A stretch of DNA of 64,000 bases from Acidimicrobiales bacterium (lineage in GTDB: Bacteria > Actinomycetota > Acidimicrobiia > Acidimicrobiales > JBBSGY01), in assembly GCA_044220495.1 (NCBI GenBank), contig JBGAQY010000002.1, positions 88,966 to 152,965 of the forward strand. Reading direction: 5' to 3'. The position numbers were made by a program, and so were the translations under genes. Each line of letters opens with the position of its first letter. Position 1 is the stretch's first letter. The notes under the pieces were generated by a model. The model did no database searches and was not told the origin of the DNA. It saw nothing but the letters and a program-made list of their open reading frames with translations. Positions 9,856 to 17,281 of this stretch are shown here, one piece after another.

Positions 9856-12800
9856 ATGGCCGACGAGCACGAAATTCAGCTGACGCTTCGCGTCTCGCGC
9901 TCGGCCCCCGGTATCGATGCGCTGCTGACGAGCGACCCCAACGCGCCAATGAGTCAGGTGCTCGAACAGTTCGCGAAAGCTCACCCCGGCCCCTACTTTC
10001 TCGACGGCCGGGAACTCACCCCCGTTGGTCGTCTCGCTGACAGCGCGCTACGCAATGGAGCTGTTGTCTACGCCGGACAACCCGGCCCGCGCGCAGCAAC
10101 GCCAAAGCTCGAGCTCGTCGTCGTTGGTGGTGCTGATGCCGGGCGACGCTTTGCACTCACACCCGGAGTGTTTGCCGTTGGTTCTAGCGACGAAGCCGAC
10201 ATCGTGTTGCACGGCCACCGTCTTGCGCCTGTCCACTTCTCGGTTTCGATCTCGGGCAAGCAGATCTTTCTCGACAACTTCCGCAAACCTCAATCAATCT
10301 TGCTCGAAGGTAAACCAGTCGACGGCGAGTGCACGATCGAGCTCGACCAGCTCTTTCGAGTCGGCGACACGCTGTTTGAGATTCGTCGCGCTCTCAAGTC
10401 TGACGTCGACACCGATGCAGACGTAACCGTCGACGGCAACGGACGTTTGGTGTTCAACCGACCGGCGCGCATCCCCGTTCGCCGAACACGGTCGAACTTC
10501 GAATCACCCAAGAAACCGCAAGCGCCAACAAAACAAGGTTTTCCGTGGGCCCAAGTTTTCATTCCGCTCGTGTTCTCAGTCGGTGCTGCCTACTTGTTTC
10601 ACTCGCCAGCGTTCTTGATGCTCGGCTTGATGGGCCCGGCCCTAGGTCTTGCCAGCGCCTTCTCAAACAAGCGTCAGTCGAAGAAAGATCATGCCAAGGC
10701 AACGGCCGACTTTGGCAACGCAATGGTGCGGTTGCGTCAAGCAGCCACCGATGCGGCCCAAGCCGAGAGCAAGGGCCTGCGTGCACGACGATGCGACGCC
10801 GCGATGGTTGCCGACATTGCCATGCTCCCTCGTCGCCGCCTGTGGGAACGGCGCGTTAGCGACAAAGACTTTCTGACCCTTCGACTGGGTTCAGCAGACA
10901 TGTTCTCAAGTGTTGAGGTCGTAAAGTCGTTTGACGCCGAGAACTTTGAAGCGCCAGTGATGTTTCAAGCGCCCGTCTCGGTCAACCTACGCAAGGTACG
11001 CAATCTTGGTGTTGCGGGCCCAATGAACGCCGTGCACTCAGCGGCTCGTTGGCTGGTTACTCAACTCACGACGCTTCACTCACCGAGCGACGTTCGCTTG
11101 TTTCTGCTGGCGAGCTCCGACAGCAAGAACGAGTGGTCGTGGATGCGTTGGCTTCCGCACACTGCAACAAGCCACGAGCCGGGAGAGCCTTTCTGCACGA
11201 TCGCAACTGACCGTTACGCGCGTGACGAGCACATCAAGGCGTTGCTGCAAATTCTCGACCTTCGCCAGCAAGCAAAAGAACGACGCGAAGAGATCGTGTG
11301 GCAGTCAGTCGTCGTGGTCTACGACGGCATTCGCGACCTTCGTGAGTTGCCCGGGGTCGCCCGCTTGTTGCGGGAGGGCCCTGAACACTCGATCTATTCA
11401 ATCGGCCTCGACTCTGCCACCAGTCGACTTGCTCAAGAGACTGCCGCCGAGATCGCCATCGAGCCGCAGTACGCAAGCACCGCTCGCCTGCGTGTTGCCG
11501 GACAAGAAACCGTCGAACGGTTCATCGTCGACCAAGTGTCGAGCACGTGGTCAGAAGACATCGCCCGTTCGATTGCCCCGTACATAGAGGCCGGTCGCGA
11601 AGTCGAGGGCGAGATGCTCCCCGCCGCGCTGAATTTCGTCGAGATGACCGGCGTAAATCTCGACAACCCTGACTCAGTGCTGGCTCGTTGGTCATACGGC
11701 GACGGGCGCACAACGCGCTTTCCGATTGGCAAGTCACTCGACGGTGAATTCAGCCTCGACCTCAAACACGATGGTCCGCATGGGCTTGTCGCCGGAACAA
11801 CAGGCGCCGGCAAGAGTGAGTTCCTACAAACGCTGGTTGCATCACTCGCTCTCGCGAATCGACCAGACGCGCTCAACTTCTTGCTGATTGACTACAAGGG
11901 CGCCAGTGCGTTCTCGAGCTGTGAAGACTTGCCGCACACAGTTGGTCTCGTCACCAACCTTGACGGACATCTCACCAAGCGCGCGCTCGTTGCCCTCGAA
12001 GCAGAACTGCACCGACGCGAGCAGCTTCTGAAAGACATGCACGCAAGTGACGTAGATGCTGCGTGGCTTGCCGACCCCGAGTTCTCTGCCGAGAACGGTC
12101 TTGCTCGTCTCGTGATCGTGATCGACGAGTTCGCAGAGCTCAATCAAGAGCTTCCCGACTTCATACAAGGCCTCATTCGCGTTGCGCGCATCGGTCGATC
12201 ACTCGGCGTGCATTTGATCTTGGGAACGCAACGGCCCGCTGGTGTCGTATCGCCTGAAATGCGTGCCAACACGGGCTTGCGTATTGCCTTGCGCATGGAA
12301 GACCGAAACGACAGCACCGAGGTACTCGAATCACCAGAGGCAGCAACTATCTCTCGCCGCACGCCAGGCCGCGCTTACGCGCGACTGGGCGGCGCGTCGT
12401 CAATCGTGCCTTTCCAGACTGCGCGAGTCGCTGGCCGCCGTCGCGACATCGTCCAAACGGTCACTCCCCCGCGTCTCGTGCAGTTCAGTTGGGAGCAAGT
12501 TGGTCGGCCGCTGTTCAAGACGAAGACCGACGACGTTGTCGAGAGTGAAACAACAGACCTGCACGCCCTGGTGACGTTGATCAACAAGGCGGCCGAACTA
12601 TCGGCTATCCCTGAAGCGCGTTCACCCTGGCTGCCGCCGTTGCCAAAGGCTTACGTCGTGCCACTCGACGATGAAGTTGTTTTTGGTCTGATCGACGAGC
12701 CGAAGAAGCAAACCCAACCCTTCGCGGTCTACGACCTCGAAACCTCTGGGCACTTGCTGTTCGCTGGCTCAGCACGATCAGGACGTTCAACAGCCCTTCG

Positions 12801-14172
12801 CACTCTCGCCGGCGCTATCGCAAACACGTGGTCACCAAGCGACTGTCACATTGTCGGTCTCGACTTTGGTAACGGTGCATTGCAATCACTGACGGCGCTG
12901 CCGCACTGCGGTGTGGTTACCGGACGTTCCGAGAACGAACGCATCGGGCGCGTCATCTCGCGCCTTCGTGACGAGGTGACATTGCGCCAAGGGCTCTTTG
13001 CCCGTGCGGGATTCGGCGACATCAAAGAACAACGACAACACTCAGTGCCCGACGAGAAACTGCCATACATCGTGGTCTTCTTGGATCGATGGGAGGGCTT
13101 TCTCAGTGAGTTCTCGGTCGACATTGCATCAGAAATGCCCGACGAAGTGATGCGACTATTGCGCGAAGGTCCTGGTGTTGGATTGCGCTTCGTGATCACG
13201 GGCGACAACGCAATCTTGTCTGACCGCGTCTCCGCCCAGATCGACGAGAAGATCGTGCTGCGCCTCAACAACAAAGACAGCTACGCAATTGCAGGTATTG
13301 CGGCCAAGTCGATTCCTGACGACATGCCCGACGGCCGAGGAATTCAAGTCGACACGCATGCCGATATTCAGATCGGCCTTCTCGCCGAAGACTCATCGAC
13401 CATCGAGCAAAACAGGGCGCTCGCCAACATCGCTGAGCTCGCCCGCAATCGCTGGCCCGAAGCTTCGGGTGAACAAGCACCGCTACGAGTCGACGCCTTG
13501 CCCGAAGTGACAACACTCGAGAACGCTCAACAGTTGCCAATCGTTGGCAACCACCGGAGCGCCCTGTCAGTGCTGGTCGGAGTCGGAGGCGACCGTCTTT
13601 CGACGTTCTACGTAGACATGCTCGAAGAAGGCCCATTCTTTGTCGTTGCTGGTCAAGCACGATCGGGTCGCAGCACGGCTGCTCTAGTGATGGCTGAGTC
13701 AGTACTGGCCAATGGTGGTGCCGTAGTTGCGGTGTGCCCTCGTCGATCACCGCTCGAAGGCCTCGCCGGAATGGCAAACGCTGCGGTGTTCCATGGGAAC
13801 GACAACGAACTAGAGGCTCTGGTTGAAACACTCAATTCATTTGAGCAACCAGTACTCATCATCGTCGACGACAGTCATGTCATTGCCGGCAACACCTTTG
13901 ACATCGCGCTGCGCGACGTAGTGAAGAAACACTCCGACGAAGTTGCTGCCGTCGTGATCGGATCAATCGACGACATGCGCTCACAACTACAAGGCATCGC
14001 CGTTGACGCGCGCCGTTCAAAACTTGGTCTGCTGTTCTCGCCCGAGATCGCCCTCGACGGCGAGCTCGTCGGCATGCGCTTGCCGCGCAACAAACTTGGT
14101 CGCACGGCTGCCGGTCGCGCCGTGTTCTGTGATCACGGAAACGCGACAGTCGTGCAGATCCCACTTGCGTAG
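9856..14172 (+). CDS. T7SS-type EssC/EccC-like ATPase: N-terminal beta-grasp-like region, one FHA domain, two TMs, three FtsK/SpoIIIE P-loop domains
   Basis: 1438 aa. The FHA-like stretch (about aa 85-177) reads LELVVVGGADAGRRFALTPG...VGSS.EADIVL...VHFSVSISGKQIFLDN...LLEGKPV...GDTLFEIR. The TM pair is FPWAQVFIPLVFSVGAAYLF / AFLMLGLMGPALGLASAF (nt 10540-10665). Domain 1 Walker A is AGTTGAGKS (nt 11791-11817) with Walker B LVIVIDEFAEL. Domains 2 and 3 have degenerate P-loops, GSARSGRST (12766-12792) and GQARSGRST (13651-13677). Confidence 0.85.
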   Translation: MADEHEIQLTLRVSRSAPGIDALLTSDPNAPMSQVLEQFAKAHPGPYFLDGRELTPVGRLADSALRNGAVVYAGQPGPRAATPKLELVVVGGADAGRRFALTPGVFAVGSSDEADIVLHGHRLAPVHFSVSISGKQIFLDNFRKPQSILLEGKPVDGECTIELDQLFRVGDTLFEIRRALKSDVDTDADVTVDGNGRLVFNRPARIPVRRTRSNFESPKKPQAPTKQGFPWAQVFIPLVFSVGAAYLFHSPAFLMLGLMGPALGLASAFSNKRQSKKDHAKATADFGNAMVRLRQAATDAAQAESKGLRARRCDAAMVADIAMLPRRRLWERRVSDKDFLTLRLGSADMFSSVEVVKSFDAENFEAPVMFQAPVSVNLRKVRNLGVAGPMNAVHSAARWLVTQLTTLHSPSDVRLFLLASSDSKNEWSWMRWLPHTATSHEPGEPFCTIATDRYARDEHIKALLQILDLRQQAKERREEIVWQSVVVVYDGIRDLRELPGVARLLREGPEHSIYSIGLDSATSRLAQETAAEIAIEPQYASTARLRVAGQETVERFIVDQVSSTWSEDIARSIAPYIEAGREVEGEMLPAALNFVEMTGVNLDNPDSVLARWSYGDGRTTRFPIGKSLDGEFSLDLKHDGPHGLVAGTTGAGKSEFLQTLVASLALANRPDALNFLLIDYKGASAFSSCEDLPHTVGLVTNLDGHLTKRALVALEAELHRREQLLKDMHASDVDAAWLADPEFSAENGLARLVIVIDEFAELNQELPDFIQGLIRVARIGRSLGVHLILGTQRPAGVVSPEMRANTGLRIALRMEDRNDSTEVLESPEAATISRRTPGRAYARLGGASSIVPFQTARVAGRRRDIVQTVTPPRLVQFSWEQVGRPLFKTKTDDVVESETTDLHALVTLINKAAELSAIPEARSPWLPPLPKAYVVPLDDEVVFGLIDEPKKQTQPFAVYDLETSGHLLFAGSARSGRSTALRTLAGAIANTWSPSDCHIVGLDFGNGALQSLTALPHCGVVTGRSENERIGRVISRLRDEVTLRQGLFARAGFGDIKEQRQHSVPDEKLPYIVVFLDRWEGFLSEFSVDIASEMPDEVMRLLREGPGVGLRFVITGDNAILSDRVSAQIDEKIVLRLNNKDSYAIAGIAAKSIPDDMPDGRGIQVDTHADIQIGLLAEDSSTIEQNRALANIAELARNRWPEASGEQAPLRVDALPEVTTLENAQQLPIVGNHRSALSVLVGVGGDRLSTFYVDMLEEGPFFVVAGQARSGRSTAALVMAESVLANGGAVVAVCPRRSPLEGLAGMANAAVFHGNDNELEALVETLNSFEQPVLIIVDDSHVIAGNTFDIALRDVVKKHSDEVAAVVIGSIDDMRSQLQGIAVDARRSKLGLLFSPEIALDGELVGMRLPRNKLGRTAAGRAVFCDHGNATVVQIPLA

Positions 14173-14208
14173 AACCTGCACGACTTAGGGAGTTACTAGA
14201 AGTCGTTC

Positions 14209-14493
14209 TTAGTGAACGGTGCTGGCGGTGTCGGCCGAAGCGAAGTTGGTGCTGGCCGTGTTGACTGCCGCCGAAATTTCCTGAAGAGCGGTGGTCATTT
14301 GGTTGGCCGCTGCGTGCCATGAGCTGTAGGCGGCGTCGAATGCGCTACCCGATGGGGCAACCCAGCCTTCGGCCAACAGGTCACTCACGAGGCCACGAAA
14401 TGTCGTGATGTCGGTGAGCAGGTTGGCGGCACCAGTGCGCAATTGCGAGCTGGTGGTGGCCATGTGCTCGGTGTTGATGGTCATCTTGGGCAT
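14209..14493 (-). CDS. WXG100 (ESAT-6-like) family small secreted protein
   Basis: 94 aa, a predicted two-helix hairpin. The central turn is EGWVAPSGSAF (nt 14347-14364), a W...G variant with an expanded loop. The C-terminal motif is NFASAD (FxxxD, nt 14230-14244). An SD-like GAAGGGA lies 7 nt upstream of the ATG at 14493. Confidence 0.75.
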   Translation of the reverse strand: MPKMTINTEHMATTSSQLRTGAANLLTDITTFRGLVSDLLAEGWVAPSGSAFDAAYSSWHAAANQMTTALQEISAAVNTASTNFASADTASTVH

Positions 14494-14629
14494 GAAAACG
14501 TCCCTTCAAAAGGTAAGTGTCAGGACGGTCCCCCCGTCCAAAAATCCCTGGGTCAAACGACCGGGTGAAAACCGAGGGTGGCGAACTTCTGAGGACTTGG
14601 CAAGGGTTCGAGGCGAGAAATATTTTTCC

Positions 14630-14659
14630 TAGACAAGAATCATGATACGTAGGCATACT
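14630..14659 (+). promoter_or_regulatory. Candidate sigma-70-like promoter for the toxin operon, inside the 204-bp divergent intergenic region
   Basis: TAGACA (14630-14635), an 18-nt spacer, then CATACT (14654-14659). GGAG lies 7 nt before the GTG at 14698. This is a pattern match only. Confidence 0.2.
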
Positions 14660-14697
14660 CGGCTTCAGGCCTATTTCCCGCCTTTTGGAGCCTTTGC

Positions 14698-14982
14698 GTG
14701 CCGCGTTTTTCTGTTGATACAGCCGAAGTCCAAGCCGCTGCGTCGGGCGTTGCTTCCGTCGCTGACCAGATCGCTTCGTTGAATCCTGCGCTTGCGTACA
14801 TAGAGCAGGCATGCGTTGCCATGAATGGCGGCCTCGTGGCGTCGAGAGCAGGTTCCTTTTCCGGATCCCTTTATTCACTTCTCAGCCGAACACGGACGAA
14901 CGTGAATTCGCTGCAGACTTCTCTGGGCCTCGCGGTGACCAATTACGACATGGCCGACGCCGCTTCTAACGGTGGCGGTTAA
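14698..14982 (+). CDS. WXG100-superfamily-like helical hairpin partner or adaptor protein (no Trp in the turn) with a C-terminal YxxxD export-type motif
   Basis: 94 aa. The N-terminus FSVDTAEVQAAASGVASVADQI is typical of ESAT-6-like helices. The C-terminal NYDMAD (YxxxD) is at nt 14944-14958. Its stop overlaps the next start (TAATG at 14980-14984). Confidence 0.6.
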   Translation: MPRFSVDTAEVQAAASGVASVADQIASLNPALAYIEQACVAMNGGLVASRAGSFSGSLYSLLSRTRTNVNSLQTSLGLAVTNYDMADAASNGGG

Positions 14983-16712
14983 TGGCCTTTACGCTCTCAC
15001 AAATTCTTGCCTGGCGCGCCGGAGAGATGTTTCGGTCATCCACCAACTTGCGCAACATGAGTTCGAACGTCGACGGGCTTGTTGTTCAATTCACCAACGC
15101 GTCTGACCTTGGTGGTGCCTGGACTGGCGCCGCGGGGCAATCAGCGCAAAACGCTGCAACACAGGTCGGCCACGGCGTGCAGGCCCTTAGCCGATCACTA
15201 AATAACGCCGCGGGAATTATGTCGTCATGCGCAATGCAGATGGAGTGGATTCAAGCGCAGGTGCATAACGCGCAGATGTTTGCGGCGCGTGCAAACGCGA
15301 CGCTCGACAACGCGACGGGAGCTTGTAGGGTCAACCAGATCTTTGAGGCTGGACCCGACCCCACCACCGGATTGATCGATCCGGCAGTGCAGGCGTCCGT
15401 TGACAAGACAAATGCCGACAATGCCTCCAATGCCGCCAACGCTCAGCGCACGGCACAAGATGCAATCCGTCGTGCGACGCAGCTCGATAACGAAACCGCT
15501 GGGCGCCTCATGAACGCGTTTGTATTCGATGGCGCATCGCGCGCCTGGATCAACTACGAAGCTGGCCGCCTCACAGGCCACCTCGATGCCACGATTGACA
15601 AGGCTCTTCAGCTCTCCGACCGTTTGCTACGGCTTTCAAATCAATCGCCCGGCACCCTCAACGAGCTGTACGCGCTGCTTAGTTCAATGAGTCCCGGACA
15701 GCTCGCTGTGTACTACGAGCAACTGCCCCAGTCACAAGCCGATGCTTGGGCCTACCTCGTGAGCCGCCAGCTCTACCCCAATGGTCAAAACGGCGACAGG
15801 CCGATACCACCGTCAACGGACTTCGTGAATTTTGTAAGCCACAGCGCCAAGACACTTCAGTCTGGCGAATGGATCGACGCCGCTAACAAGTTGCCCTTCT
15901 TAGAACCGCAGCTTTACAAAAGCACCGATGGATCGGTCGCTTATCAGTACTACTACGGCCTCCCTGGCACCGATCCCAATCTCGACACCGCATACGACAT
16001 CAATCAAGGCGCAGTCGGTGACTGTTACTTACTCGGTACCATCATCGCGTTTGCCAATCGCGATCCCGACTTCCTCAGTCGAAACATGGTGCTAAACGCA
16101 AACGGCACAGTAACAATCACTCTCTATCGAGATGGTGTGGCTATCCCAGTGACTGTTACGAACGACGTTCCAGTGAACGTAAATGACCCGGGCGACATCA
16201 TTTATGCCCATCCAACGACTCGCGACTACGACGTAAATATGACAGCCGCGCTTTACGAAAAGGCTTTTGCTCAGCTCAACGGCGGTTACGCAGCACTTCA
16301 CGGGGGCAGGCCATCAGACGTAATGGTCGCGCTCACTGGGCTAAACAATGAGCCCATCTGGGCGCCTTCTCTGATGACTGGAGAGCCGCTACCCGACTAC
16401 GTCGCACCCGACGGGCCCATCTGGGTTTCGACACTATCGGCGAACTTTGAAACGATCGCAGGGGTGTTCGAGGCAGGTCAGCCGGTGACACTGGGCTCGA
16501 TTGGAGAGTCTGACACGTTGTTCGTGAATGACGCGCAAACAATCGTCGGAAATCACGTATACGCCGTCATAGACGTGAATCGAGAGACGCAAATGGTGAC
16601 AATCCAAAACCCCTGGGGAGCCAATGTGGGTGCACCCGAGTTTCAAGAAGTGAGCATTGACGACATAAGAGACTACTTCACCGTCGTGAGCACGACTCAG
16701 ATTCCCAAATGA
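14982..16712 (+). CDS. Putative T7SS substrate or polymorphic toxin: WXG/LXG-like N-terminal domain fused to a calpain-like (peptidase family C2) cysteine protease domain
   Basis: The N-terminus has LGGAWTGAAGQSAQNAA (WxG at nt 15120-15128). The C-terminal domain aligns by eye to the calpain core in four blocks: DINQGAVGDCYLLGTIIAFA (Cys codon 16023-16025), AALYEKAFAQLNGGYAALHGG, IVGNHVYAVIDV (His codon 16554-16556) and VTIQNPWGANVG (Asn codon 16608-16610). Confidence 0.85.
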   Translation: MAFTLSQILAWRAGEMFRSSTNLRNMSSNVDGLVVQFTNASDLGGAWTGAAGQSAQNAATQVGHGVQALSRSLNNAAGIMSSCAMQMEWIQAQVHNAQMFAARANATLDNATGACRVNQIFEAGPDPTTGLIDPAVQASVDKTNADNASNAANAQRTAQDAIRRATQLDNETAGRLMNAFVFDGASRAWINYEAGRLTGHLDATIDKALQLSDRLLRLSNQSPGTLNELYALLSSMSPGQLAVYYEQLPQSQADAWAYLVSRQLYPNGQNGDRPIPPSTDFVNFVSHSAKTLQSGEWIDAANKLPFLEPQLYKSTDGSVAYQYYYGLPGTDPNLDTAYDINQGAVGDCYLLGTIIAFANRDPDFLSRNMVLNANGTVTITLYRDGVAIPVTVTNDVPVNVNDPGDIIYAHPTTRDYDVNMTAALYEKAFAQLNGGYAALHGGRPSDVMVALTGLNNEPIWAPSLMTGEPLPDYVAPDGPIWVSTLSANFETIAGVFEAGQPVTLGSIGESDTLFVNDAQTIVGNHVYAVIDVNRETQMVTIQNPWGANVGAPEFQEVSIDDIRDYFTVVSTTQIPK

Positions 16713-17275
16713 AACGCAGCGTCACCCCTCTCGTCGCCGCCGTCATGGCGCTCGTCGCAGCATGTTCACCCAGTCGCTCGGCTGACGGCCAAGCAACTGA
16801 CCTCATGCCGCCAAACACGCAGGCGCAAACACGTGAGCCCGTTGTCGCTCAACCAAACACAGCCGAACACCTTTCGGCACACTTCTCGAACGGAATGCCC
16901 AACGGCGCCGATCTTTCGGTCGATGTGAATGGCGAGACGATGTCTGTCACGGTGTCGGGCATCCGTAGCGGAGTTGCTCCAAGCATCAACGTCATCGACG
17001 GCATGACCGGCGAAGCACTCACAGCGACTACACCACTCGAACAGACATATTTGTGGAACACAGATACTCCAGGTCCACCGCCACAACAGTGGGAGCGGGG
17101 CTTTCACTTTTCTCACACCCCAGTGCGCATTGAGCTCGCTGTATCACCCAACTACACAGCGACGTTCGACATCGATCGCAACGAAACTGGCGTCTTGACT
17201 AGCAATCAGTTGCTTCCGGAACGTCCCGTTCAGTCAACCGAACGAGTCTCGCAAGACATGACACCGACGCGCTGA
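16709..17275 (+). CDS. Lipoprotein, a putative cognate immunity or inhibitor protein for the upstream protease
   Basis: ATGA overlap with the toxin stop. The signal peptide and lipobox read MKRSVTPLVAAVMALVAAC|S (Cys codon 16763-16765). No family recognised for the mature part. The immunity role is inferred from position only. Confidence 0.6.
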   Translation: MKRSVTPLVAAVMALVAACSPSRSADGQATDLMPPNTQAQTREPVVAQPNTAEHLSAHFSNGMPNGADLSVDVNGETMSVTVSGIRSGVAPSINVIDGMTGEALTATTPLEQTYLWNTDTPGPPPQQWERGFHFSHTPVRIELAVSPNYTATFDIDRNETGVLTSNQLLPERPVQSTERVSQDMTPTR

Positions 17276-17281
17276 CATTCG

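Noticed and set aside
9856-17275. Treating the T7SS/toxin island as a prophage, ICE or transposon
   Set aside because: I found no integrase, transposase, relaxase, tRNA attachment site or flanking direct or inverted repeats at the 8.83-9.86 kb or 17.28 kb borders. Mobility cannot be supported from this window.
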